In this document: positions 36,861 to 46,615 of the stretch, one piece after another
Position numbering within the stretch: position 1 is the stretch's first letter
Layout: the number at the start of each line of letters is the position of its first letter
NCBI GenBank assembly: GCA_038227875.1
Contig: JBBRPR010000034.1
Coordinates: forward strand, 1-64,000
Origin: Planctomycetota bacterium
Lineage (GTDB): Bacteria > Planctomycetota > SZUA-567 > H5-PLA8
Length of the DNA stretch: 64,000 nt
Direction: 5' to 3'
The notes under the pieces: model-generated
Database searches by the model: none
Seen by the model: only the letters and a program-made list of their open reading frames with translations
Told to the model about the DNA's origin: nothing
Position numbers and translations under genes: made by a program

Positions 36861-38948
36861 TTACGGAGCGGGAGTCGTAATGCTGTTGCTGTCCAGCGAC
36901 ACGGCTCCGATGCGTGTCAAGGCTCGGCCTTCCAGCGTCGCGCCAGTGTTGAACGTGATTGACTGGTCGGCCAGGATGTTGCCCTTGAAGTTACACGTCG
37001 TGCCGATCGTGGCTGACGTTCCGACCTGCCAGTAGACATTCGCTGCCTTCGCGCCGCCACTGAGCACGACCTGCGTGCCCGGATCGGTCGTCAACGTCGA
37101 ACCCATCTGGAAGATGAAGACGGCGTTGGAGTCGCCTTGCGCGTCGAGCGTCACGATGCCATTCGCGCCCGTGCCGGAGAGCATCGTGGACGTGGAGTTC
37201 TTGTAAAGACCCGGCGTGAAGGTTAAGCCGCCGACATTTCCCGGCAAGACTGCTGAGCCCAATCGCGCTGCGCTGTCGTTGTAGGCGGCGAGCAGATCGT
37301 TCTTGGCCTGAGCGGCCGTATTGTCGCCGGCGTGGGTCGCACCGGTCACAATTCCCGGCGGGAATCCGGTCACCGCGCTGCCCGGACTGACGCCCAGATC
37401 ACCAGTCAGTGTGGTAGGTCCGACACTGGTCACGGTCGAACCGGCGAGCACGGCGAACGCGCTGGAAGATCCGAGCGCCACGGGTGCAGGACCCGCCGAA
37501 GCATTCGCGCCAGTAGTGAAGGTCCATGTGTAGGTGCTGGCCATCTCGTTGCCCGCGACATCCATGACTTGCGTGGTTACGGTGGCGGTATACGTGGTGC
37601 TGGGTGTGAGGTTGCCCGTCGGAGTAAACGTGGCCGTGGTGCCCGAGTAGGTTACGGTTCCGGACACTGCGGTGGCGCCTTGTAATGTAAAGGTAGTGGT
37701 GTTGATGGTCGAGGCGTCCATCGGTTCGTTGAAGTTGGCCATCAGCGGCCGGTTGACGGGTACTGCCGTCGCGCCGTTGACGGGATTGGTGGAGGTTACG
37801 AACGGCGGCGCGGAATCGGCGGCTGCGCCAGATGTGAACGTCCACGTCGTGTTGCTGGCCGATGCGTTACCCGAGAAATCCTGCACGCCAGCGGCCAAAT
37901 TCGCCGTGTAAACCGTAGCCACTGCCAGAGCCGCCGTGGGCGTAAACGTGGCGCGATGGGTCGCCGCATCGTAGGAGATAGTTCCGGCCACCGCGGTTGT
38001 GCCCGGGCCGGCGAGCGTGAAATTGGCCGAGGTGATCGTTGCACCATTCACGGCCTTGCTGAACAGCGCGCTGACTTTTGCATTGGTCGGCACAGCCGTG
38101 GCCAGATCGGCGGGAGAGGTCGACAACACACGCGGCGCGGCGGTGTCGGGCGGAACGCCGAGACCGGTGATCACGAGCACCACGACGCCGCTGGTGTTGT
38201 TGGACAGCGTCACCGTGTGGATGCCAAGCGCATTGGGCGAACCGGCGGGCAGCGCTTTCAGATTCAGCTTGCCCTTCAGATCCGAGGTCACCTTCTGGGT
38301 GAGAGTAACGTTGATCGCGAGCAGAAAATCAGTCATAGGCGGCAGGCCGGCAACCTTCAATCCAAACTTGGTGGCTTTGGGCGTGCCTTTGATCTGCAAG
38401 GTGTCGACGGCGAGTGGAATCGCACCCGTGTTGGTCATGGGGCCTTTGAAACTGTACGTGTACTTGTCGGCGTGAGTGATGTCGACGCTCAGCAGCGTCT
38501 GCCCGGAGCCGAGCACATCCAATTCGCGCAGGTTGATCAGCGGGTTCAACGCGTCGGGCAGCGGTGTGCCTTTGCTGCCGGTGGCGGTTTTCGAGTAGCT
38601 GACGCTTGCCTTGCCTTTCGCATCCGAGGTCGTCGAGGCGATGCTGGTCTGCGCGGTGTCGGAGTTTAAAATTCCGGCCAGCGGGTACGGAGTGCTGGGG
38701 AGCAGTTTATTCAGCGACAGTTTGAACTGCTGACTGACAACAGTTCCCGAGCGCGCGTACTTTTCACTGAGCTTGCCCGTGGCGCCGGCCGCCACGCCGG
38801 AATTCTTTAACGCGGTTGAAACCGTGAAGCTCAACTTTGCGACCGCAGGCGCGGCCGTGCGCGATCCGGCGTCAACTGCATGCGCCGAAAACGTGCCGGC
38901 CAGCAACAGGGCCAGCGTGAACAACGGCATTAAAGCTCGAATTCTCAT
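36861..38948 (-). CDS. Ice-binding-family (DUF3494) protein with two Big_5/SbsA Ig-like domains and an unknown duplicated N-terminal domain
   Basis: Signal peptide; two P.V.ST.P...AT.VP.N...A.F...FTP...L...T.YTA...W.FT Ig domains. C-terminal FAVLAGSTVT..G.T..TGDLGVSPG, TPGLY, FIFQ.GSTLT, NVYWQVG.SAT.G, GNILA..SIT, LEGRAL. Confidence 0.9.
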   Translation of the reverse strand: MRIRALMPLFTLALLLAGTFSAHAVDAGSRTAAPAVAKLSFTVSTALKNSGVAAGATGKLSEKYARSGTVVSQQFKLSLNKLLPSTPYPLAGILNSDTAQTSIASTTSDAKGKASVSYSKTATGSKGTPLPDALNPLINLRELDVLGSGQTLLSVDITHADKYTYSFKGPMTNTGAIPLAVDTLQIKGTPKATKFGLKVAGLPPMTDFLLAINVTLTQKVTSDLKGKLNLKALPAGSPNALGIHTVTLSNNTSGVVVLVITGLGVPPDTAAPRVLSTSPADLATAVPTNAKVSALFSKAVNGATITSANFTLAGPGTTAVAGTISYDAATHRATFTPTAALAVATVYTANLAAGVQDFSGNASASNTTWTFTSGAAADSAPPFVTSTNPVNGATAVPVNRPLMANFNEPMDASTINTTTFTLQGATAVSGTVTYSGTTATFTPTGNLTPSTTYTATVTTQVMDVAGNEMASTYTWTFTTGANASAGPAPVALGSSSAFAVLAGSTVTSVGPTTLTGDLGVSPGSAVTGFPPGIVTGATHAGDNTAAQAKNDLLAAYNDSAARLGSAVLPGNVGGLTFTPGLYKNSTSTMLSGTGANGIVTLDAQGDSNAVFIFQMGSTLTTDPGTQVVLSGGAKAANVYWQVGTSATIGTTCNFKGNILADQSITFNTGATLEGRALTRIGAVSLDSNSITTPAP

Positions 38949-39154
38949 GATCAATCTCTTTCCGCGAAATCGCGTTTTGCGCTCAACTCATTTCGAAACG
39001 TTGGACTGAGCGCAAGTTCCGCGCCGCTAATTATTTAGTTCCGCTCGCAGGTGGAAGTCATGGCGGATGGCGAAAGTCATCCAATCATCCCGATATTCGC
39101 AACACCGCCGAAAACGCCATAACTCGTGCACGCGTGCAATTTCGTGCTCCCAAA

Positions 39155-39172
39155 ATACGTAGACCTACGTAT
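39155..39172. promoter_or_regulatory. Palindromic operator candidate (7-2-7 type)
   Basis: ATACGTAG-AC-CTACGTAT in the divergent intergenic region. Confidence 0.45.
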
Positions 39173-39229
39173 CTCTCCGCTGCCACTAACTACTTAGAAT
39201 GAGCGGGCAGATAAAAGGGAGAGATATCC

Positions 39230-42200
39230 ATGCATCGATTTGATTGGAGTAAGCAACTGGCGGGAATGGTTCTGGTGGCGGCGCTCTGCTGCTGCGCGAG
39301 AGCTCAGGCCATGGTTCACACCTGGCAAGGACCGGCCAATGGCAACTGGTCGGCAGGAGGCAATTGGGTCGGCGGAGTTCCACCTACTTCCGGGGAAGTA
39401 GGTGGAACGATCGTCGAATTCAATTCCAACTCAACGTCCATTCAGAACATCGTCGGCCTGACTGTCGATCTGATTCACTTCAAAGGGTCAGGCAACACCA
39501 TTAACGGCACCATGCCGTTGACCATTAGCGGCGCGTCGTTGACCGTGAACATTCAAGACGATGCCGGCGGCAATACGCTCTCCAGCAGCCTCGCATTAGT
39601 GCTGACAGGCGCGAGCGTGGAAGCGGCCGTCACGACAGGCACATTAACGATGGCTGGCAATCTCAGCGGTACGGTGGGGTTCGTGGAAAACGGACCGGGC
39701 ACCATCGACTTCACCATGGCTTCGAATACCTACAGTGGCGTGACCACGGTTTTGCAGGGCACGCTGCGGTTGAATTCCAATGGCGCCAACTCGGCCGTTC
39801 CGGGAACGCTCGTTATCGGCAATGGACTGCAGCCCGCGAATTCAGCCATCGTGAAGCTGCTCCAGTCAGCGGAAATTGCGACGACGTCGGCGATCACAGT
39901 CAAAGCAGATGGTGCTTTGAATTTCAATAACTTCCTCCAGTCGGCAGCAACGCTGACGATCATAGACGGCACGGTCTCGCTGGGCACAGGCACGCTGACG
40001 CTGTCTGGAGCGATCGCGATGACCGGAGGTACGATCAGCGGCAATTCCGGCGGCAACGTCAGCCTGGGCGCAAACATCACGGCCACCTCGTCAGCCACGG
40101 CCAGTGCCAAGATCAGCGCCGCGCTGAATCTGAACGCGACACGCACATTCACCGTCAATACCGGATCAGTGACGCCGGATCTGCTGATCAACGGCATCAT
40201 TGGCAACGGCGTCGCGACATCGGGAGTCTTTAAAACGGGCACCGGTACGATGGACGTCGTCGCATCCCAGGCCTTCACGTACACCGGCACAACGACCGTG
40301 GACAAAGGCGTGATGGAGATCAACACAACAGTCGGAGCCATCATCAATGGACCCCTGGTGATCGGCAATGGCGTCGACCCGGCCGGCTCTGCAACGCTGC
40401 GGGAATTGAACAGCAGCGACATCTCTTCCGCATCCACTGTGCAAATCGCCAGTTCCGGCGTGCTCGACATGAATACGCATACCGACGTCGTGGGCGCGTT
40501 GACCGGTCTGGGGCAGATCGCGATAAATTCCGGGTCGCTGACGGTGAACAACGACAACTCCACCACGAGCTTCGACGGCACGATCACCGGTGCGACGGGA
40601 ACGTTCCGGAAAAGCGGAACCGGATCGCTGACACTGACGGGAAACAATCCGTTTACGGGCACGACCACGGTGGTCCAAGGCACGCTGATCCTGAACTCGC
40701 CCGGAATTGACACTGCGGTTCAGGGACCGCTGACCGTGGGTATCGGCATCTTCGCCGCCAACTCTGCGATTCTCAAAGTCCTGCAGAATGCGGAAATCGC
40801 CAACACGTCGCTCGTCACCGTGAATTCCGACGGCAAGTTCGATCTCAATGGAAAAGTCGACACGATCGGTGCGCTGACACTGAATGCCGGCAATGTGACG
40901 CTCGGCGTGGGCGCGCTGACGACCAACGGACTTCTCACGATGTTCGGCGGAAACGTCGCAGCCGGCGGGACGCTGAGTCTTGGCGGCGACGTTGTTGCCA
41001 CGTCCACGGCGACCAGTGCCGCGGTGATCGCGTCCAGTCTCACCTTGAACGCCACGCGGACGTTTACCGTTAACGCCGGCGTCACTCAACCGGAGCTGAC
41101 GATCAACGGAGTGATCAACAACGGGCTGCCCATGTCCGGAATTACCAAGACCGGCACGGGTGCCATGTTCCTGCAGGGCACGGCGGGAAATTTGTTCAAC
41201 GGCGTGACCACTGTCGACAAGGGCTTGCTTCAAATCTCTGACACGGTCGGACAGAACATCCTCGGCAACATCGTGATCGGCAATAATGTCGACTCCGCGA
41301 ACTCCGCGATCCTGCGCGACCTGAACTCCAGCGACATTGCCGCGGCCGCGACGATCACCATCAATTCGTCGGGCCAGCTCGATGTGAACGGTTTCACCGA
41401 AACAATCGCCGCACTTTCGGGCACTGGCTCGATCAAACTGGGTTCCGGTGCGCTCACCTTTGGCGCAAACAATTCGGCACAGACCTATTCGGGCACCATC
41501 AGCGGCACCGGCAACATCCGCAAAACCGGCAGCGGAGTCCAAACGCTCACCGGCAACAACACGCTGACGGGCCAGACGCAGATTCTGGCGGGCACACTCC
41601 TGGTCAATGGTTCGCAAGGTGCCAGCAATGTCGTTCTCTCCGGCGGCAGCACGCTGGGCGGCACGGGCACCGTCGGCAACGTTGCCGTCACAGCGTCGAC
41701 CATCGCGCCGGGCGGCGCGGCTCCAGGGCAGCTCTCCACGGGTAACATCGCGTTGGATACCAATTCCACGATCACCTTCCGCCTGAAGGATTCCGTCTCC
41801 GCGTTCGATGCCCTGAACGTCACCGGCACGGTTACGCTGGGCAATTGCGCGATTCAACTCAGCATCGACCCCGCCTTTGCGGGCGGCGGTGTGCTGGCGC
41901 TGATCAACAACGACCTGGCCGACGCCGTGGTCGGGACGTCAAAGAGCTTCACCGAAGCGCAGGCCGTACCGCTCAATACCAATACGTCTGTCTTCTCCTA
42001 CATGGGCGGCACGGGCAACGATGTCGTGCTTACCATCGCCAATATCCCGCCGTCGCTGACCTCCGCCGCGAACGCCAATCCGTCTCCGGCCACCGCGACG
42101 CTGCCGGTCACGTTCTCGGTCGGCGCGTCCGACGGCAACAACGATACGCTGACCTACACCTGGAACTTCGGCGATGGCACGCAGGGTACGGGCTCCAGCG

Positions 42201-43132
42201 TCATGCACACCTACGCTACTCCTGGCACGTACATCGCGTCCGTCACGATTAATGATGGCCGCGGCGGCTCCATCAACAGCAGCACGATGCTCACGGTCAA
42301 CTCCGCCGTCCCGCCGACGCTGCAGATCAATGCCGCGCCCGCGACGGCCGGTGTCGGACAGACAGTTACGTTCGCCACTTCATCGGGGGTTCCTGCGATT
42401 CCGCTCACCTACGTCTGGAATTTCGGCGACGGCGCGACGGGCATGGGCGCAACGGTGACCCACGCATACGCAGCGGCGGGAAGTTACAACGTCTCGGTGG
42501 TCGTCACCGATGGCCTCGGCGGCACCGGCAACGGCGTGGCCACCGAAACCGTTAACGCGCCGGTCATCGGCGCAGGCAACGATAGCGACGGCGATGGTTT
42601 CTCCGATGGTTTCGAAAACACGGTCGGCACAAATCCCGCGGACGCGACCAGCACCCTCACCGGCGCGCCGGCGGTGGCGGGAAGCATCCTGCCGCTGACG
42701 CTCAGCAAGGCCTCGATCAAGTTGAACTTCGCCAAGGGCGGTTCCGACACCATCGGCTTCAGCGGAACATTGAACGTGCCGGCGGGCTTCGTTCTGAGCG
42801 GAGCCAAAGTGAGCGTCGATGTCTCCGGCGTCGCGCGCAACTTCGCGCTCGATGGCAAGGGCAGCGCGAAACTGGCGGATGGTTCGGTCTTCAAGCTCTC
42901 CGCGAAGGCCACGAAGGGCAAGGTTGCCGCGCAAACGGCGAAGTTCTCGGCCACACTGCCCAAGGGCACGTTCGCGGCGACGCTCGCACCGACGGGCCTG
43001 GTTGGAAGCGCCGATGCGAAGGGCAAGAGCGTCAAGGTCGCCTTCACGGTCGTCTTTAATCAGCTGTTGCTGCAGAAGATTCAGACGATGAGCTTCTCGG
43101 CCAAGAAAGGCAAGACCGGTTCGGCCAAGTAA
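39230..43132 (+). CDS. Secreted protein: autotransporter-associated beta-strand repeats, 2 PKD domains, DSDGDG Ca-binding motif, unknown C-terminal domain; no beta-barrel
   Basis: Signal peptide; W....NW start; multiple K.G.G.L.L.G.N..TG.T.V..GTL repeats; YMGGTGNDVVLT; two WNFGDG; NDSDGDGFSDGFE..VGTNP; Lys-rich C-terminal domain. Confidence 0.92.
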   Translation: MHRFDWSKQLAGMVLVAALCCCARAQAMVHTWQGPANGNWSAGGNWVGGVPPTSGEVGGTIVEFNSNSTSIQNIVGLTVDLIHFKGSGNTINGTMPLTISGASLTVNIQDDAGGNTLSSSLALVLTGASVEAAVTTGTLTMAGNLSGTVGFVENGPGTIDFTMASNTYSGVTTVLQGTLRLNSNGANSAVPGTLVIGNGLQPANSAIVKLLQSAEIATTSAITVKADGALNFNNFLQSAATLTIIDGTVSLGTGTLTLSGAIAMTGGTISGNSGGNVSLGANITATSSATASAKISAALNLNATRTFTVNTGSVTPDLLINGIIGNGVATSGVFKTGTGTMDVVASQAFTYTGTTTVDKGVMEINTTVGAIINGPLVIGNGVDPAGSATLRELNSSDISSASTVQIASSGVLDMNTHTDVVGALTGLGQIAINSGSLTVNNDNSTTSFDGTITGATGTFRKSGTGSLTLTGNNPFTGTTTVVQGTLILNSPGIDTAVQGPLTVGIGIFAANSAILKVLQNAEIANTSLVTVNSDGKFDLNGKVDTIGALTLNAGNVTLGVGALTTNGLLTMFGGNVAAGGTLSLGGDVVATSTATSAAVIASSLTLNATRTFTVNAGVTQPELTINGVINNGLPMSGITKTGTGAMFLQGTAGNLFNGVTTVDKGLLQISDTVGQNILGNIVIGNNVDSANSAILRDLNSSDIAAAATITINSSGQLDVNGFTETIAALSGTGSIKLGSGALTFGANNSAQTYSGTISGTGNIRKTGSGVQTLTGNNTLTGQTQILAGTLLVNGSQGASNVVLSGGSTLGGTGTVGNVAVTASTIAPGGAAPGQLSTGNIALDTNSTITFRLKDSVSAFDALNVTGTVTLGNCAIQLSIDPAFAGGGVLALINNDLADAVVGTSKSFTEAQAVPLNTNTSVFSYMGGTGNDVVLTIANIPPSLTSAANANPSPATATLPVTFSVGASDGNNDTLTYTWNFGDGTQGTGSSVMHTYATPGTYIASVTINDGRGGSINSSTMLTVNSAVPPTLQINAAPATAGVGQTVTFATSSGVPAIPLTYVWNFGDGATGMGATVTHAYAAAGSYNVSVVVTDGLGGTGNGVATETVNAPVIGAGNDSDGDGFSDGFENTVGTNPADATSTLTGAPAVAGSILPLTLSKASIKLNFAKGGSDTIGFSGTLNVPAGFVLSGAKVSVDVSGVARNFALDGKGSAKLADGSVFKLSAKATKGKVAAQTAKFSATLPKGTFAATLAPTGLVGSADAKGKSVKVAFTVVFNQLLLQKIQTMSFSAKKGKTGSAK

Positions 43133-43171
43133 ATCGTGATCCCCCTGAATACAGAAAGGAATGTTCAGCCC

Positions 43172-43578
43172 ATGAAACGCGACAAACTCGAATCCGAACT
43201 GTGGAATTGCCCCGGCGCCTTTCAAAACCAGTGTCCGCGCGAATGGGCGAAGCTGAACAAGACCGATGATGAAGGAATACGTTACTGCTCGGCGTGCGCG
43301 CAGAATGTGTATCTGGCGCGCACGCCGAGCGAATTTGTGAAACACGGTGAGCAGGCCACTGCGTCGCGGTTCCCGAACGCTGCACGCCGGACACCGCGAC
43401 ACGCATGCTGATGGGCCGCATCGGTCCACTGGCTGTGGAGCGTCTGCTGCGCGAGCAGGAAATCGCACGCGACTGGTGGCTGGAAGTGCTGGCCAACAAG
43501 CCCACATTTGAACGCGAAGTCATGGCCGCGCTGTCGGAATGTTTGCATGCGACGGACGAAGTGGAGGGGCAAAAATGA
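43172..43578 (+). pseudogene. Frameshifted Cys-rich hypothetical protein
   Basis: Frame 1 gives F..QCP.EW..L..T....RYC..C...VY...T..E...HGEQ. The expected GHCVAV continuation is in the -1 frame from ~43354 and runs to TGA 43578. Confidence 0.7.
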
Positions 43579-43620
43579 TTCCGAGCTCTAAGAATCCCTC
43601 CGAAAAAACGTTCTCCTTGT

Positions 43621-43833
43621 ATGCCATATGTCACGTGGATGCCGATTAAAGGTAGCACGTATTACTTGGGCAAAGCCTCAGGTAAATTTGTGTTTCGCGA
43701 TACAAATGGCAATCCCATCTCACGTGACAACGCCGTCCGCTTTCCAACCTTCGATGCCGCGCAATGCGCGGTCTTGCGCGCCGATCGACGCTACCGCGAC
43801 GACTTCCCGCGTATCGAACAAGTTCAAGAATAA
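43621..43833 (+). CDS. Small hypothetical protein
   Basis: 70-aa ORF with plausible composition in low-GC DNA; no recognisable motif. Confidence 0.35.
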   Translation: MPYVTWMPIKGSTYYLGKASGKFVFRDTNGNPISRDNAVRFPTFDAAQCAVLRADRRYRDDFPRIEQVQE

Positions 43834-44046
43834 CTCAACAACACCGTGTTTTTTTCGGGTGCTTAGGGACAGTTGTCCCTAAGCACTCGGCTTGACGAAT
43901 AGAGCTTCGACCTTATGGATTCGAGGCCTCAAGGAAGAAAGTGCCACGCCGTCCATCTGTCCAATTTCCTTACACAAAATCTTAACTTCCTCCATATCCG
44001 CGGTGTAAAAGTATGCATACGTATTGAATCGCGGAGCCGAACGTCC

Positions 44047-46068
44047 ATGAAAATCACGCCTGCACTCTTCCTCATTTACATTCTCTTCTCCGCCAGCACG
44101 ATGCTCGGCGCAGACAGTCTCGGCTGGCGCGGCGACGGCTCCGGCCGCTACCCCGACGCGACGCCACCTCTTAAGTGGGAACGCGTGAGCAAGGCCACCG
44201 CCGCGCTGCGCTTTCAGACGCAGAAGCCCGGCGACGCGCCCAGCGGTTCGCCCATGACCGACGGTGTCGTGCGCGAGTGGCTGGTGCTGGGGCCGTACAC
44301 ACCGCCGGAACCGAAGCCATTCGAAAGCGACACGATGCCCGATGAAACGAATCTCGCGCCCGCCGAAGGCGATAAGGTGGGCGAACTCGTCTGGAAGAAA
44401 ACCGCGAAGCTTGAGAACGCCATCGTCGATTTCAACGCTGCCTTCGGCAAACAGACTGCCGGCATGGGCTACGCGTTCACCTACGTTTACGCGGAAGTGC
44501 CGGGCAACTACATGCTCAATGTCACGAGCTCCGATGCAGTTCGTCTCGTCATCAACTCTGTCGCTGCGAAATCCATTGGCGGCCGCATGACCGCGCCGCT
44601 GAAGAAGGGCTGGAATTCAGTTTTGCTGAAAGCCAAGCCGGGCGGGTCGTCGTGGTTCGTCGAACCGATTTTCTACCCGCCGCAGCCGCCGGAATTCACG
44701 GAAAACAACATCGCCTGGCACACGTTTCTGCCCGGGTGGGATGCCGACGGCTACGGCGCGGTCGCCGGGTCCGGTATGCCGATTCTCGTCGGCGATAAAC
44801 TCTTTCTGCTGTGCGAACCGCACGACCTCGTCTGTCTCGACAAGAACACGGGCAAGGTGCTTTGGGCGCGCACGAATTCTTATTTCGACGCCATACCCGA
44901 AGCCGACCGCAAGGCCAATCCGGAGATCGCCGCGCTCGCGCCGACGGCCGAAAAGCTCAGCACACTGATGGATACGCTGAAAGACGGCCCGTTCGACAAA
45001 ACCAAAATGGCCTCTCGCAACAAAATGCAGGGGGAACTTTACGCCGCGCTCGCGAAAATCGATCCCAAGCAATACAAGCTCCCCGGCGGACAGGACGTGG
45101 GCATCGCGGGCAACGCGCCGGTCAGCGATGGCAAGCACGTGTACGTCTGGCTGCTCTCCGGCGTGGCTGCGTGTTATGACCTGGACGGCAAGCGCGAGTG
45201 GATCAAGCTCGAAAATAAGCCGGCGATCGAACACGGCTTTTCGTCGACGCCCACGATCCTCGACGGAAAATTGATCACCTACATGCGCGAATTGATGGCG
45301 CGCGACGTCAAGACTGGCGAGATGGTCTGGCATTTCCAAGTGAGCAAATTTCTCGAAGGCCAGAGCATTGCCGGACACTTCCACGAGTCGTTCACCAAGG
45401 CCACGCTCGGCGGGCAGGACTACCTGGTCGTGCCCAACGGCACGCTGGTGCGCCCCACCGACGGCAAGATCGTCTTCGCCGATCCGCGCCTGGCCGGCTA
45501 TCAGCACATCCCATCGGCGGTGATGAGCGGACGCACGATGCTCTGGCAGTCGACGCAGGGCACGCTCTACATCGTCACGTTTCCCGACAAGGCCGCCGAC
45601 ACGTTGGTACCAGAATCGTTCAAGGAAGTGAAGATTCCGACGATTCAGTTTCCATCCTTTTACAACGACTGGCACATGTCCTCGCCGCTGGTCCACGACG
45701 GACTCGCTTACCTGATGAACAACGTGGGCGTCATGACAGTGGTCGATGTCGCCGAAGGCAAAATCGTCTACCAGCGGCAGCTGGACCTCGACGGCTTCGC
45801 GTCGCACGCGGAAGCCGCCTGCCGCGGCATGGGCTGCAGTCCGACGCTGGCGGGAAAGTACATTTACTTTGTCGGGTCGAGCAACACGGTGCTGGTGATC
45901 GAACCGGGCCGCACGTACAAACAGATTGCAAAAAATCGCATCGAGCGGCAGTATCTGGAATGGGGCTGGTCGACCCGCCAGGAACGCACGGTCGCCTGCC
46001 CGATCTTCGACGGCAAGCGGCTGTTCCTGCGCGCGGAGAGCGGCTTGTATGCGATTGAGGAGAAGTGA
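44047..46068 (+). CDS. Secreted PQQ-like beta-propeller protein with an inserted beta-sandwich domain
   Basis: Signal peptide; GWRGDGSGRYPDATPP..W; insert WLVLGP...LKKGWN.VLLK; blades LVCLDKNTGKVLW, ACYDLDGKREW, SSPLVHDGL.Y and PIFDGKRLFLR. Confidence 0.88.
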   Translation: MKITPALFLIYILFSASTMLGADSLGWRGDGSGRYPDATPPLKWERVSKATAALRFQTQKPGDAPSGSPMTDGVVREWLVLGPYTPPEPKPFESDTMPDETNLAPAEGDKVGELVWKKTAKLENAIVDFNAAFGKQTAGMGYAFTYVYAEVPGNYMLNVTSSDAVRLVINSVAAKSIGGRMTAPLKKGWNSVLLKAKPGGSSWFVEPIFYPPQPPEFTENNIAWHTFLPGWDADGYGAVAGSGMPILVGDKLFLLCEPHDLVCLDKNTGKVLWARTNSYFDAIPEADRKANPEIAALAPTAEKLSTLMDTLKDGPFDKTKMASRNKMQGELYAALAKIDPKQYKLPGGQDVGIAGNAPVSDGKHVYVWLLSGVAACYDLDGKREWIKLENKPAIEHGFSSTPTILDGKLITYMRELMARDVKTGEMVWHFQVSKFLEGQSIAGHFHESFTKATLGGQDYLVVPNGTLVRPTDGKIVFADPRLAGYQHIPSAVMSGRTMLWQSTQGTLYIVTFPDKAADTLVPESFKEVKIPTIQFPSFYNDWHMSSPLVHDGLAYLMNNVGVMTVVDVAEGKIVYQRQLDLDGFASHAEAACRGMGCSPTLAGKYIYFVGSSNTVLVIEPGRTYKQIAKNRIERQYLEWGWSTRQERTVACPIFDGKRLFLRAESGLYAIEEK

Positions 46069-46095
46069 GAAAAAAGTGCGGTAAGATTCGGGACA

Positions 46096-46542
46096 ATGGT
46101 CTCTGACATATCTACGCTGAAACGAAGATTTCAATTCAGCTTGCGCACTGCCATCGTTTGCGTATTTGCTGCTGCACTTCTCGTGTACGCAAATTCGTAC
46201 GAACAACCGCTGGCGACTTCGCAGAACGTTCTTTTAGTCAGCGGCGCGGGATGGCCGTGGATCTACCGCGTGTACGCTCACGGGGAATGTAAGACCTGGT
46301 TCCACGAAAAAGACGTCGGCGCCCTCTATGCAGTGCCGATTGCGGACTTTGGTTCCGAGCGATGGCAAGAATTAACAAACGCCCTCTATACCGCCTATCA
46401 CATTGCGGGCGGGCGTTATTGGCGGCTTTTGGGTAATGTTGTGATTGCGCTTCTGATCCTGATTTCTATTGCCTTTGTAAGCGAACGGGGGTTTAATCGA
46501 AGGAAATCCGTACAAGCAACCTCAATCCAAATCAACGATTAA
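46096..46542 (+). CDS. Hypothetical membrane protein with planctomycete-type RRFQFSLRT N-terminal motif
   Basis: KRRFQFSLRT followed by a TM helix, GWPW motif and a C-terminal TM; lower GC than neighbours. Confidence 0.7.
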   Translation: MVSDISTLKRRFQFSLRTAIVCVFAAALLVYANSYEQPLATSQNVLLVSGAGWPWIYRVYAHGECKTWFHEKDVGALYAVPIADFGSERWQELTNALYTAYHIAGGRYWRLLGNVVIALLILISIAFVSERGFNRRKSVQATSIQIND

Positions 46543-46615
46543 AAATATATTTAACTTTATTTTATAACGATATCATTTATTGTGTGTCCTTAGCTTGAAT
46601 CGCGGAGGTCACTCC

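Noticed and set aside
39230..43132. Classical type Va autotransporter
   Set aside because: There is no ~280-aa C-terminal barrel or terminal aromatic residue; the protein ends in a Lys-rich domain.
46549..46576. Second dif-like site (ATTTAACTTTA...)
   Set aside because: Only a partial XerD-arm resemblance within an AT-rich promoter region, with no XerC arm.
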